63,762 bases of DNA, filler included, from Octopus bimaculoides (GCF_001194135.2; 4 parts of 4 records of this genome joined end to end with filler, not necessarily neighbours in it), one strand, 5' to 3'; positions 1-13,835 are shown, counted from the first letter of the whole stretch. A program made the numbers and translations. The notes: generated by a model not told the origin, from the sequence alone.

Positions 1-296
1 CATACCGCCTTCTCCTAATTCCCCCTCACTCCTTCTCATCCCCTCTCCTTCAATCCCTTTTTCTTCATCCCCTTTCCTTCCTCATCCCTCTACTCCTCTG
101 CCGCCCCCTCATATTCCCTTTCACCCCCTCTCGTACCCTTTCCTTCTTCATCTTCTCTCCCTCCCTCTTCACCTCTCTCCTTCCACCATTCCTCTCCTCT
201 CACGCCACCCTTCGTCTCCCATCATGCTATTTCTCCTCTACCTCCTCCACCTCCCTCGCTTCATTCGCCTCTTCCCTCTCCTCCTTTTTCCTACGT
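1..296. repeat. CT-rich low-complexity tract
   Basis: Almost entirely C/T, built from irregular cct/ctc/ttc motifs. Confidence 0.85.
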
Positions 297-608
297 CATT
301 GAGCTCAGTCGAGTTATAAATGCAACAACAGTCAAGTTCCCATCGATAAAATTATCAACACCTTACCTGAGTATTGAACCACAATTATCTCCTTCCTTTC
401 CCGCCAATATCTGCCTTCCATTGTAGTCGCCTGAATGAATGTATGAATGTGTGCGTTCAATGAGCCGTGAAGAAGAAGATTACATTCCAATACTGCTTCG
501 TTGCTCACCAGATGTCGTACACTGGCAGACTACTTTTGGCTATTGCTTTCTGCTGTTGGGCGGAGAAGCGATGTGGCGGTTCGATGGTTTGGTGTAGTGA
601 TAAACACT

Positions 609-1345
609 GGTGGTGGTGGTGGTGGCGTTGGTGGTGGTGGTGGTGGTGGTNNNNNNNNNNNNNNNNNNNNNNNNNNNNNNNNNNNNNNNNNNNNNNNNNN
701 NNNNNNNNNNNNNNNNNNNNNNNNNNNNNNNNNNNNNNNNNNNNNNNNNNNNNNNNNNNNNNNNNNNNNNNNNNNNNNNNNNNNNNNNNNNNNNNNNNNN
801 NNNNNNNNNNNNNNNNNNNNNNNNNNNNNNNNNNNNNNNNNNNNNNNNNNNNNNNNNNNNNNNNNNNNNNNNNNNNNNNNNNNNNNNNNNNNNNNNNNNN
901 NNNNNNNNNNNNNNNNNNNNNNNNNNNNNNNNNNNNNNNNNNNNNNNNNNNNNNNNNNNNNNNNNNNNNNNNNNNNNNNNNNNNNNNNNNNNNNNNNNNN
1001 NNNNNNNNNNNNNNNNNNNNNNNNNNNNNNNNNNNNNNNNNNNNNNNNNNNNNNNNNNNNNNNNNNNNNNNNNNNNNNNNNNNNNNNNNNNNNNNNNNNN
1101 NNNNNNNNNNNNNNNNNNNNNNNNNNNNNNNNNNNNNNNNNNNNNNNNNNNNNNNNNNNNNNNNNNNNNNNNNNNNNNNNNNNNNNNNNNTATAGTGGTG
1201 CTTGGACTGGCGGTGGTGGTGGTGGCGTTGGTGGTGGTGGTGGTGGTGGTGATGGCAGTATTGGTGGTGGTGTTTTTTTTGTTCCTATTGCTGTTGTTGA
1301 TGGTGGTGGTGATTATAGTGCTGAGAGTGGTGACGGTGGTGGTTA
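609..1345. repeat. (GGT)n microsatellite spanning an N gap
   Basis: ggtggt runs on both sides of the gap at 651-1190. Confidence 0.9.
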
Positions 1346-1539
1346 TAGTGATACGGTAATGAGGTATAGTGGTGCCACGGTGTTAGGGTATTTCCGTGCC
1401 ACCGTGTGGTGTTGCTGTGCTGTGGTGCTGTAATATGTTGCTGCCGCAATGTGGCGTATCTTTGTGCGGTGTATCTTTGTGTTCGTTCTCAGTGCCTTAT
1501 TGTGGGGTACATTGAAGTGGAGGTGTTATGTGGTTTAAC

Positions 1540-2340
1540 GTGGTGGTACCTTGGTGTGGCATCTCTCGATGTGGAGTAATGTAGAGGGGCCGTGATGTGG
1601 CATACGTCAATGTGATGGTGCCGTAGTGTAGCATACATCGATATGGTGGGACCAGGTTTGGCGTCTTTCAATGTCGTGCATTCTGGTAGTGCCGAGGTGT
1701 AATGTACACCAATGTGGTGGTGACATGTTCTATGGGGTACCGTTGTATGCTGCCTCTCTGGGTGCTGTAGAAAGATGGTGCCGAGACGCAGCGTCTATCG
1801 AATGACGACGGTGGCTGTGGCGTCTCTCAGTGTAGTGTAATGGTGCCGATATGTGGAGGTGCCATAATGTGGCTTACATCGATGTTGGGGTGTCGTGCAG
1901 TTTGGCATTGCCTAGACGTCGAGGCATAAGGTACGTCGATATGGTGGTGGCGAATGTGGAATCTATCAGAGTCGTGTAGTGTGGTGGTGCCGAGGTGCAA
2001 CGCACGTCGATGTGGCGGTGTCGTGTAGTTTGGCGGTGTCATGTAGTTTGGCGGTGCCGTGCTGCGTCTCTGAGTGGTGTAATGAGGTAGTACCGAAGCA
2101 TGGCGTACATCTATATGGAGGTGGCGGATGTGGGACCTCTCGATGTTGTGTAGTGCGGTAGTACCGAGGTAAAACGTATGTCGATGTGGCGGTGTCGTAT
2201 AATATGGCGGTGCTGTTGTGTGCTACATCTCTGGGTGGTGTATTAAGGTGGTGTCGAGGCATAACATATATCGATATGGCGATGACAGATGTGGCGATAT
2301 AGTGTCGTGTTGTCTAGCAATGCGGTGGTGGCGTTAGTGT
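1540..2340. repeat. Degenerate GT-rich minisatellite followed by (GAT/GGT)n
   Basis: The motif ac(g/a)tcgat(a/g)tgg(c/t)ggtg recurs near 1605, 1635, 1875, 1932, 2004, 2177 and 2265. Confidence 0.6.
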
Positions 2341-2574
2341 TGCTGTTAGAGTGGTGTAGTTGGTGGTGATGGTAATGATGGCGGTCGTGGTGATGGTAAT
2401 CGTGATGATGATGGTGGTGATGGTGCTGGTGATGGTGGTGATGGCGCTGGTGATGATGGTGTTAGTGATGGTGGTGGTGAGGTTAGTGAAGATGGTGGTG
2501 ATAGTGGTGGTTGTGGTGGTGATGATGGTTATGGTAGTGCCTATGCACAGTCATGCCTACATATATGTGTCTAT

Positions 2575-2612
<38 letters not shown>

Positions 2613-2946
2613 ACACACACAGACACACACACACATACACACATCCATGTATACGTTTAAAATACTGAAGCTGACAGTATTAACGTTCATTTATTTATGT
2701 ATATCTCTCACACAGATTCGCGCACACACCTGAGGGCACGCCCCAGCAGCACCACCCCACGTATATATGTACTACACATTGTGTCCAATTAATCTCATGA
2801 TAGTTAACATATATTAATGTTTAAATGAAAAGGTATATTATATACACGCCTATGGTTGCATGCATACATACATACATACGTATCTGCGTGCGATAGCGTA
2901 TGTATGTGAGTGCATACATGTACACATGTTTGCCTACATGTGTGTC

Positions 2947-2979
<33 letters not shown>

Positions 2980-3412
2980 ATATATATATACATATATACA
3001 TACACACGTATATATATGTACATGTATGTATATATGTTTGCACGTATATATATATATATATATATATATATACGTACCCATATACATATTCACAGACATA
3101 CACGCAAGTCCATGTATATACACACGTTCTTGCAGGAATGTTGAAATTTCGAATTAACTGTTCTGAAAATAGCTACAATTTACTTCATCAACAACGTTAT
3201 GCGGCCAATTATCATTAGTGCATTGCAATTACCATGGCAACTAAGGTGGACCAGTCCATTTCTATATCCCCTACGCCAACCCCAATTTCTCAGATAGCCA
3301 TCTCGCCACCATCCTCCCAGTTCTCACAGGATTTCAATTATCAACCCCATCTACAAATGATAGAGCCGAAGTACTTCGGCCGATGTCTTGCTTTTATTTA
3401 AAGATTAAATTA

Positions 3413-3789
3413 CGGCGGCGATATGGCAGAATCGTTAGCACGCCGGTCGAAATGCTTAGCGGTATTTCGTCTGCCGTTACGTTCTGAGTTCAAATTCCGC
3501 CGAGGTCGACTTTGCCTTTCATCCATTCGGGGTCGATAAATTAAGTACCAGTTACGCACTGGGGTCGATGTAATCGACTCAATCCGTTCGTCTGTTCCCT
3601 CTATGTTTCGCCCTTGTGGGCAATAAAGAAATGAGAATTGTTAGCACGCCGGCCAAAATGCTTAGCGGCTTTTCGTTTGTCTTCACGTTCTGAGTTCAAA
3701 TTCCATCGAGATCGACTTTGTCTTTCATCCTTTCGGGTTCGATAAATTAAGTGCCCAAAATTTCAGGCCGCGTGGCTTTAGTAGAAAGG

Positions 3790-3827
<38 letters not shown>

Positions 3828-3935
3828 CATCATTATTATTATTATTAGCAAGGCGGCAAGCCAGCAAAAATATTAGCACGCCGGGCAGAATGCTTAGTGG
3901 TATTTCGCCTGTCACTGCGTTCTGAGTTCAAAATC
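3413..3935 (+). mobile_element. Cluster of three tRNA-derived SINE copies (family A)
   Basis: Head ggcagaatcgttagcacgccgg, B-box gttcaaattcc and core gtcgactttgcctttcatcctttcggggtcgataaattaagtaccag. More than 20 related copies occur in the window, e.g. 6115-6525(-), 11216-11450(+), 15180-15605(-), 16220-16790(+), 24400-24610(+), 26620-27175(+), 39730-39942(-), 51330-51535(-), 55925-56575(+). The core resembles my recollection of the Meta-domain SINE superfamily (unverified). Confidence 0.9.
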
Positions 3936-4335
3936 ACCTCTTTATCTCTTTCCTCTCTCTCCCGACGAAGGACCATTTTCCGAAACGTTAAATTATCCTT
4001 TATTCCCTACTTACAGCATAAGATATTTATTTTCCTTGTACTCCTATTCATTTTTTTCTGAAACTCTTTTAATATTCTATTAATATACGCTGACGCTGAT
4101 TTCTGGTTTTCTGCTGGATTTATATGTATACAGTTAACTACAGCTTATTGCCGCTGTCGTTAAGTCAGGGACCAACAATATTTCGGCTGGTTCTGCAGTT
4201 ACCTTACTACTGGGCCTTTTGATACTTTCGACGAAGTTATAAATCCCATGATCAGTGCTGGATTCACCAATGATCTTGACAGGTTGAAGCCCCAAATCTC
4301 AAGATATATGACCGCCACACAAGATGTGAGTGAGT

Positions 4336-4386
<51 letters not shown>

Positions 4387-4591
4387 CGTGTGTGTGTGTG
4401 TGTGTGTGTGAGGGTTAGGTAAGGCGGCGTAAGGGTTAGGTAAGGATCGTTACCGCGCGGGACNNNNNNNNNNNNNNNNNNNNNNNNNNNNNNNNNNNNN
4501 NNNNNNNNNNNNNNNNNNNNNNNNNNNNNNNNNNNNNNNNNNNNNNNNNNNNNNNNNNNNNNNNNNNNNNNNNACTTACACCACACACACA

Positions 4592-4644
<53 letters not shown>

Positions 4645-5145
4645 AAAACTGATGGCCTTGTGCCAATATTTGAAGCCAATATGTATTTATACGACATTCT
4701 TAACGTATGTATATCGTTGAAAAACCAGAGACTTACTGGCTGGATTTTTTTTTAAACACAATACTTCCATAAAGAGATTTATTCCGAATGAAAACCGCAA
4801 CTTCTGGCGTTTCAACTACATACATAGACTAAGAATGTCGCAAAGATAAAGAATTTATTCTAAGGCTGTCTCTATTGCATAATTCGAATTTTATCAATAG
4901 TTGTGTACTTGGGCGCTGATTCTAACAAGTTTAAAGTTTAGAATCATTTGACCTGTTACAATCCCCTCCGTTATACCATCGCCCCAACCATCATCCTGCC
5001 ATCTGGTACTTCACATTCACTCATTGACATTACTTTATATTCTTTTTCTGATATCTTATCTCGAACTAAAGTATTAAATAAGCACGCAGCACTCTGTGAT
5101 TGTGCATATGTGTGCGTGTATGTGTATGTGTATGTGTATGTGTGC

Positions 5146-5183
<38 letters not shown>

Positions 5184-6559
5184 NNNNNNNNNNNNNNNNN
5201 NNNNNNNNNNNNNNNNNNNNNNNNNNNNNNNNNNNNNNNNNNNNNNNNNNNNNNNNNNNNNNNNNNNNNNNNNNNNNNNNNNNNNNNNNNNNNNNNNNNN
5301 NNNNNNNNNNNNNNNNNNNNNNNNNNNNNNNNNNNNNNNNNNNNNNNNNNNNNNNNNNNNNNNNNNNNNNNNNNNNNNNNNNNNNNNNNNNNNNNNNNNN
5401 NNNNNNNNNNNNNNNNNNNNNNNNNNNNNNNNNNNNNNNNNNNNNNNNNNNNNNNNNNNNNNNNNNNNNNNNNNNNNNNNNNNNNNNNNNNNNNNNNNNN
5501 NNNNNNNNNNNNNNNNNNNNNNNNNNNNNNNNNNNNNNNNNNNNNNNNNNNNNNNNNNNNNNNNNNNNNNNNNNNNNNNNNNNNNNNNNNNNNNNNNNNN
5601 NNNNNNNNNNNNNNNNNNNNNNNNNNNNNNNNNNNNNNNNNNNNNNNNNNNNNNNNNNNNNNNNNNNNNNNNNNNNNNNNNNNNNNNNNNNNNTATATAT
5701 ATATATATATATATATATGCAGACATACACACATGCCGACACAGCACATATACACACACACATATATGTTTTCGCTTATTTTAGGAACATATATGTATAC
5801 AAGCATACATTTATTTGTGTGTGTATGTGTGTATAGATGGACGGATGCACGTATAACTACAATTGCGTATATATATGAGTGTGTGTGTGCATGTGTGTGT
5901 GATTATTCTGAATTATTAGGCAGTCGACCTATTAATTTAATCCTGTTATACACGAATAAAATAAGAAATTGATAACAACAGAAGACCTCAGAGCAGTGTA
6001 TGAACAAAGAAATTTCTATGTAGCGAACCAGCGAGTGACAGTTTGTGCAGCAAACCATGAACGGATCTCCTTAATCAATCCAACTGAATTTATTCGTTCT
6101 TTCTAATTGAATACTCGTTTAAAATTTTGGCATATAACCAGTAATTTCGGCAGGAGATAAATCAATAAAATAAGTATCGGTGTTCAACTGGAACTTATTT
6201 TATCGGCCCTGAAAAGACGAAATGCAAAGTGGTCATCGGCGGAATTTGAACTTAGGATATATAGACGGACGGAATACTGCTGAGCATTTTGCCCGGAGTG
6301 CTAGCGATTCTGCCAGCTCCCTGCTTTCTTGTAACTGAATATGGGTCTCAAATTTTTGTCACAAGGCCAGTAATTTCGAGGAGGGGTAAGTCGATTTAAA
6401 TCGGCACCCACTGCTCAACTGGTATGTCTTTTATCGACCTCGAGAGAATGAAAGGCAATGCAGACCTCAACGGAATTTGAACTCAGAGTTTAATAACAGA
6501 CGAAATGCAGCTAAGCATTTCGTTCCTAGTTTACAAAAGCATTTTCCAGATCTTTCCTT

Positions 6560-6870
6560 CAAGCAATGGTATTTGGTTAAGAAGCTTGCTTTGCAGCCAC
6601 GTGGTTTCGGGTTCAGATCCACAGTGCAGTACGTTGAGCAAGTATCTTCTACTACAGTCCTAGGCCGAGCAGTACTTTGTTACTGAATTTAGCAGGTGAA
6701 AACTGTAGGGAAGCCTGCCGTATATATATGTGTGTCTATGTGTCAGTGTTTGTCACCCTTCCGCCGCTTGACAACTGATAGACTATGTACCGGGCTTTAA
6801 AAAATATTCGATTTATTCGACTAAAATCCTTCAAGGTAGTTCTTCAATATGGCCGCAGTTCAATGACTCA
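6560..6870 (+). mobile_element. tRNA-derived SINE (family B)
   Basis: Head tggttaagaagcttgct...ggttcagatcc. Related copies at 10950-11120(-), 11730-11880(-), 13320-13460(+), 14790-15140(-), 34080-34260(+), 49150-49340(-) and 57160-57240(-). Confidence 0.8.
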
Positions 6871-7559
6871 AACGAAAAAAGAAAAAGAGAGAGAGAGAGA
6901 TAAAAAGCAAATTTCGTGCATGATTTTCATTTGAGGATATGTGGGTTTGCCTTTCCGAAATACAGCATCAAATTAAATGAGATCGATTTCTTGAATACCT
7001 AATTTTCTGAGCTATAAGTCGAATGTTTCAGTCCAAAGTTTACAGCAAAAAAAAAAGGTTAGCTTAGGAGAATTAAAACTTCCATGTGAAATATAGCAGG
7101 ATTTGGAAAGATAGAGATGGTATTTGAATGTTTACACTAAATATTTACACTATATACGCCGTTGTCTTGTAAACCGGAAAATACAGTAGTCACAAAGCTA
7201 GGAAATTAGAGAAAAGAGACAGTCTATTATATCAACCTCAGTGCTTGACTGCTAACCCATTTTATTGGCAAATTTGGCCACGGCGGGATTTGAACTATTT
7301 TTAAAGGTAAGTTCACCGCCATCAATTCATCGTGAAGAATGTTCACCGTGAGAAAAGTTCACTGCGAGGAAAGTTTACCGGAATCTTGGGGGCTGGTAGC
7401 CCGCGCTCTTAACCACTACGCCATATGCTCGTGGGCAATTATGGAGTCAATTTTAGGGTTTATAAATCTAATATTTTCCTATTCTTCCTTAATCCCGGTT
7501 CCCATATGCTATTTATATCTGCACTTTGAAATGGTGAAGACACCCCAGATTATGAAGTT

Positions 7560-7690
7560 TATGAAAATCAAAGGTCAGAGACTGAAGACTGAAGTCCGTC
7601 ACCCACCTGTGAAAGTAGTAATTAATGTAAGTAGCCGACATCTAGAAAGTTCTGAAGAAGCAGTACTGAGCAAAGGTCTCAACTTTTGAA
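7560..7690 (+). mobile_element. Penelope-like element RT N-terminal fragment
   Basis: Translates to VVINVSSRHLESSEEAVLSKGLNF, matching the NLS..L...E..VLSKGLNF motif typical of Penelope-like ORFs. Confidence 0.7.
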
Positions 7691-7745
7691 GAGGAATATG
7701 CTTCACATATTCACATAAAGCGAAATATGCTCAAACACATTAACA

Positions 7746-7777
<32 letters not shown>

Positions 7778-8242
7778 CGACGGGGTGAAACGAGAGAAAC
7801 ACTAAAAGTTCTGATGCCAAATAATTCAGTGTCGAATTAGCGACACCGAATAGGCAGGCGCCGAAACGGCTATGCCAAAACGTCTCATATCCAGATTTCA
7901 AATATTGTCTGAATATGTAGAGGCTTCCTTATTAAAATACAGAATGTATACAGTCTTAAAAATTAAACTAAAAAAGAAAAAAAATGAAATATATATATGT
8001 TAAACTGAATTTTATATAATGTTTAAGGGTTGTTTGTGAATAGGAAATGGGAAATTTGTACATTTATCCATTTCCTAAGATTATTATTGGCGTAAATCAA
8101 GAGAAATAGTTCCAAGGAGGAATAGAATACACGAATTCAACTCATTGAGTGCTAACCCCTCGAGTGTGACCATCAACACGGTTGAAAATTTTACGTTAAA
8201 GGAAACATGTGTTCATTCAGCTATGATTGTTCATCTGTTTAG

Positions 8243-8368
8243 TCTGGAATATGTTTGCCAAATCAAAACGTACACCATTGCCAGTTTACTGTGAAAGCAA
8301 AGCCATGGGTTTCGCAGACAGTAATCACAGAAGATGTGGCATCAGTCAACGGTGACTTAACCAATTAG
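8243..8368 (+). CDS. Candidate terminal exon with a cystatin-like C-x-F-x-V-x3-PW motif
   Basis: Acceptor ttcatctgtttag, then SGICLPNQNVHHCQFTVKAKPWVSQTVITEDVASVNGDLTN*. No matching upstream QxVxG exon was found. Confidence 0.3.
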   Translation, partial: SGICLPNQNVHHCQFTVKAKPWVSQTVITEDVASVNGDLTN

Positions 8369-8590
8369 ATTTACATTGCAACAACAAATTTTTAAACTTT
8401 CACATCAAAGGAGAACCTCTCGACTGATGTTCGATGATAGAGAAACGAATAAACAAAGATTAAACAATGATATCAAGAAGAGTAAATAGTTTACGCTAAT
8501 ACAAGGAATACACGTTTTCTATAGTAGTATAGAGAGTAAATATTTGAAATGTTAGTGAAAAAAGTAAACAGAATATTTACTCGTTACCGT

Positions 8591-8870
8591 GAAATCGATT
8601 GAAGCAGACAGCAGGGCAATAACTCCTGGTTAAATATATAACTTTATTCTTGGTTATCTAGCTATATCTAAGATATAGATAGTGTTGTTGTGTTGGCTGC
8701 AGTTGTGTGGTGAAGCAACATACTAGAGGGATACCGTGTAAGCTGTAGCATTATAGTCTTGTCTGTAGTTTTGTTTGGTGAAAGAGCCATGAAATCGATT
8801 GAAGCAGACAGCAGGGCAATAACTCCTGGTTAAATATATTATTCTATTCCTGGTTATCTAACTATATCTA
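8591..8870. repeat. Direct repeat of about 80 bp, copies 200 bp apart
   Basis: gaaatcgattgaagcagacagcagggcaataactcctggttaaatatat occurs at 8591 and 8791. Confidence 0.9.
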
Positions 8871-9160
8871 TGGTAGTGGAAGTGCTAGTGAGGTGTTCGC
8901 GGTAGTGGTGAGGTTGCAGTTGTTGAAATGTGATGTGGTTTGTTGTGATGTGTAGTAGCAACGGCAGAAGTGTAACCAAGTGATTATAGTGTAGTATAGG
9001 CTCTAGTGTGGACTATAGTATTGTTGCGGTAAGGCTTAGGGTCTGTTGTAGTACCAGCTGTAATAATGTAGTAGTGTTGACTGTAGTTGTATGGTGGTAG
9101 TTGCAGAGAAGTAGCTGCAAGAATCATTGTTGCATTGGCTGCAGTAATGCGATGTGTACG

Positions 9161-9206
<46 letters not shown>

Positions 9207-9894
9207 CGGCGGTAGTCNNNNNNNNNNNNNNNNNNNNNNNNNNNNNNNNNNNNNNNNNNNNNNNNNNNNNNNNNNNNNNNNNNNNNNNNNNNNNNNNNNN
9301 NNNNNNNNNNNNNNNNNNNNNNNNNNNNNNNNNNNNNNNNNNNNNNNNNNNNNNNNNNNNNNNNNNNNNNNNNNNNNNNNNNNNNNNNNNNNNNNNNNNN
9401 NNNNNNNNNNNNNNNNNNNNNNNNNNNNNNNNNNNNNNNNNNNNNNNNNNNNNNNNNNNNNNNNNNNNNNNNNNNNNNNNNNNNNNNNNNNNNNNNNNNN
9501 NNNNNNNNNNNNNNNNNNNNNNNNNNNNNNNNNNNNNNNNNNNNNNNNNNNNNNNNNNNCTGGTTAAATATATTATTCTATTCCTGGTTATCTAACTATA
9601 TCTATGGTAGTGGAAGTGCTAGTGAGGTGTTCGCGGTAGTGGTGAGGTTGCAGTTGTTGAAATGTGATGTGGTTTGTTGTGATGTGTAGTAGCAACGGCA
9701 GAAGTGTAACCAAGTGATTATAGTGTAGTATAGGCTCTAGTGTGGACTATAGTATTGTTGCGGTAAGGCTTAGGGTCTGTTGTAGTACCAGCTGTAATAA
9801 TGTAGTAGTGTTGACTGTAGTTGTATGGTGGTAGTTGCAGAGAAGTAGCTGCAAGAATCATTGTTGCATTGGCTGCAGTAATGCGATGTGTACG

Positions 9895-9940
<46 letters not shown>

Positions 9941-10013
9941 CGGCGGTAGTCGTTGTGATGGTAGTAGCAGTCGAAGTGGTGGTTGTGGTGGTGGTGGCAG
10001 TGGCAGTGGTGAC

Positions 10014-10063
<50 letters not shown>

Positions 10064-10130
10064 ACGGCGGTAGTCGTTGAGGTGGTAGTAGCTGTCAAAG
10101 TGGTGGTGGTGGTGGTGGCGGCGGCAGTGG

Positions 10131-10187
<57 letters not shown>

Positions 10188-10440
10188 AACATATACAGAG
10201 AGAAAGAGAGAGAGAAGGAGAAAGGAAGATGGAGACGTGGAGCAACACGGACACGCTATTTGGAGGTTCCCATCGCCCTTATTGAATCCTCTCCACTGGA
10301 AACTTCTTTTAATCTCGACAAAAGCTCACACCAGATTAGACACGAGATGTAAACAAAGATGTTTACAGAAACTATGGCCCATAAAACGGGGTTCTTTGCA
10401 ACAGCACTAATAGCATAATCGCCGACACACAAATACATAC

Positions 10441-10484
<44 letters not shown>

Positions 10485-10695
10485 CTGTCCATTTTTTTCT
10501 CTCCTTTTTTTCTCTCCTTGTTTCTCTCCTTGTTTCTTTCCGTATTCCTTTCTGTAGAAGAGTGTAGGCTCGAAACGTTACAGACTTTTTCCCTTCCCGA
10601 GCATTATACTAATACATCTGTTTGTTTTCTACACCACATGTCTTCGTCTTTTGTTTTTTTGTGAATTCNNNNNNNNNNGACACACAAATACATAC

Positions 10696-10739
<44 letters not shown>

Positions 10740-12379
10740 CTGTCCATTTTTTTCTCTCCTTTTTTTCTCTCCTTGTTTCTCTCCTTGTTTCTTTCCGTAT
10801 TCCTTTCTGTAGAAGAGTGTAGGCTCGAAACGTTACAGACTTTTTCCCTTCCCGAGCATTATACTAATACATCTGTTTGTTTTCTACACCACATGTCTTC
10901 GTCTTTTGTTTTTTTGTGAATTCTCCCTATATATATATATATATATATATATAAGAAGGGCTTCTTTCGATTTCCGTCTACCAAATCCACTCACAAGGCT
11001 TTAGTCAACCCGAGGCTAAAGTAGAAGACACTTACCTAAGGTGCCACGCAGTAGGAATAGATCTGGGACCATGTGGTTGGGAAGCAAACATCTTACCACA
11101 CAGCCACTCCTGCGCCTATACATTTCTTGAACAAGTATTAAAACATCTTTCAGGAGTTTATGAGAATCATTTGTTTTGTTTTGGAATGGTTTCAATAAAA
11201 CCATTCATCCATCAATGGTGGTGAGCTGGCAGAATCGTTAGCGCGTCGGGCGAAATGCTTAGTGGTATTTCGTCTGCCGTTACGTTCTGAGGTCAAATTC
11301 CACCGAGGTCGACTTTGCCTTTCATCCTTTCGGGGGTCGATAAATTAAGTACCAGTTACACACTGGGATCGATCTAATCGACTTCATCCCTTTGTCTGTC
11401 CTTGTTTGTCCCCTCTGTGTTTAGCCCCTTGTGGGCAATAAAGAAATAAGATGGCTTGGTTATAGTTTGATGGGACGTGGGCAGTCCATACCTGGAATAT
11501 AAACGCTTGAAAAGATTCGGCAGTGCTAATTTCTTTTATTTCTTACTTGTTTCAGCCATTGCACAGTGGCAATGCTAGAGCTCTGCTGTACTTAGTTTTA
11601 AAGTCTGGTACTTATTCTATTAGTTCCTTTTGCTAAACTGCTAAGATACAGGGATGCAAACAAACCAATCCCAGTTGTCAAGTGGTAGGTGGGAAGTACA
11701 AATATAGTCACACATGTTTTTACGTACATATGCGACGGACTTCCTCGCAGTTTTCGTCTATCAAATTTACTTTTAGGCCGGTGCTAAAGCAGAAGAAACT
11801 TTCGCCCTAAGTGCCGCGCAGTGAGACTGAATCCTAAACCACATGGTTGCAAAGTGAGCTTCTTAACTACAGAGCAATATGGACCAACATGAAGCACTTT
11901 CTTCTCACTGCCCAGTTTGCATTTGAGTTGAAAGCTGTAAAAGATAGATTATTCGACTGCAAATAGGATGCATGATCTTAGCATATTTAATTATAGTTTG
12001 TTGTCTTTTCAATACCATCCGCATCAGTACCTGATTCTCAGTTTTCCCGTCCAACGCCATACACTATATGCTGGCGAGTTTCAAGTGTTAACTTCTTATG
12101 TAGCTCCCTGTTTGCTTTACTGTTTGGTACTTTGTAATAGACCAAGATTTGTAACTTGAGATAAGCCATTGTTGTTTTGAGTCGTCATGCATAAATAAAA
12201 GCAGCACCGCAGGCCTAAGTCAAAAGATTAAACAAATTTAAATCTAAAACGTATTAGTGCAAGTTCAAAAACTTCAAAATATTCACGTCTAAATAACAAG
12301 TATTTACTTTGCTCTAAAAATATTATAATTTGTTGCGATGTTATTTTCGATTTGCGTCTGTTTTTCGTTTTAATTAGCA

Positions 12380-12800
12380 CCAAGTTTATATTAATTTATA
12401 TCCAGCTAACATTAATTCGCAACGAGCTTATATTAATTCGCAACGAGTTTATATTAATTTGCTTGCTTTGACTTGTATCAAGTATATATTAATTTGCATA
12501 GAGTTTATATAATTTGCTTCAAATTCCACTGAGGTCGACTTGGTTTTTCTTACTTTCGGGGTCAATGAAATAAATACCAGTCGAGCACTGGGGTTGATGC
12601 CCCTAACTTCAAACTTTCAGGTCTTGTGCCTATAGAAGAAAGGATCCAGTTTGTATTAATTTGTATCGAGTTTATATGAATTTGCATCCAGTTTATATCA
12701 ATTTTCATCTAATTAGTATTAATTTGCATAGAGTTTATATGAATTTGCATCGAGTTAATGTCAATTTGCATCTAATTAGCATTAATTTGTATAGAATTTT
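12380..12800. repeat. Degenerate 21-bp tandem repeat interrupted by a SINE fragment
   Basis: Units like gagtttatattaatttgcatc flank a family A SINE piece at about 12518-12645. Confidence 0.8.
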
Positions 12801-13012
12801 TACAAAATTTGTGCCACAAAATGATAATGTCTAAATTTCCGAGACGAGTCGCTAACATAATCATTTCCTAGATCATTAATCTCATCTTTACGGTATATAT
12901 TTGTAGCGTATAGTTATTATTTGTGATGACAGTCTTTATAATGTCTCTTTACACAGAACGGCTGACATTTGCAACGATAAAAGAGAAGCGTCGTTGTTTC
13001 ATTGAATTTCAG

Positions 13013-13086
13013 TCGCATTTGTTTGTGGAATTGCCTCAAGCGGGTTATGTCTTGATTCAAGAATTATAGGAAAAGATAATCATGAG
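13013..13086 (+). CDS. PLAT-repeat gene, candidate early exon (end of a possible signal peptide)
   Basis: tttcag|...GAG|gtaagt, 74 nt, phase 1 to 0. Only one frame is open: AFVCGIASSGLCLDSRIIGKDNHE. The ATG exon was not located. Confidence 0.5.
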
Positions 13087-13489
13087 GTAAGTGACCTTCT
13101 ATGTGTCTATCACTCCCACCTCTGTCTCCTTCTTCTGTCTCACATATCAATTATATACAATAAATAGTTATGCCTACTTTACTAGTCGCTTGTTCAAATC
13201 TAGTCGAGGTTCACGTATATTATCTAGGAAAGAAATAAAACATTTAGTGACGATCAAAGATCAAACCTATCTAAGAGCACAATAGTTAGAAAATGCTTTT
13301 AATATATGTTTTAAAGGTGCAGCTGTGATCATGTGTTAAGAAGCTTGCTTCTCAACCACATGGTCTCGGGTTCAGTCCCACTGCGTGGCACCTTCGGCAA
13401 GTCTTTTGATACTATAGACTCGGGCCGACCAAAACCTTGTGAGTTGATTTGGTATAGTAACACAGGAATGGATGGTTGAAAATTTTTAT

Positions 13490-13835
13490 GATCCCATAAC
13501 CCCTAACATTTGGCCTCCTAATTCCCCAGTTGACTATTACACGTGGAGCATTGTTGAGAGAGGTCAATGAACACACCCATAGCACCAAAGATTCTTTGAA
13601 AGCTGCCATAATCAGAGTAATGTCTAAAATGAACCAGGACCACTTGATTCGAGCATGTAGATGATCTATATCTCATATAGAAGCAGATGAAGATGAAGGT
13701 GGCTTTATTGGATAACATTATAGGAAAGGAGGTTGTTTATTTTTATCCTCGTAATATTTTTTTATAAATAAAGCTATTATCTGTTATTATATAACTCTCT
13801 AAACATAAATCTGTCCTCAAATATCTTACGCACCC
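13490..13835 (+). mobile_element. Tc1/maT-like transposase C-terminal remnant
   Basis: DYYTWSIVEREVNEHTHSTKDSLKAAIIRVMSKMNQDHLIRAC resembles the DY.VW...E...SLKAAI C-terminus of DD37D-type transposases. Confidence 0.6.

Noticed and set aside
8827-9960. Identical block of about 390 bp on either side of a gap
   Set aside because: Near 100% identity flanking an N gap at a microsatellite indicates an unmerged contig overlap.
10430-10925. Tandem duplicate of about 240 bp, including a hammerhead relic
   Set aside because: The copies are identical and separated by a 10-N gap, so this is probably an artefact and cannot be counted as a true hammerhead dimer.
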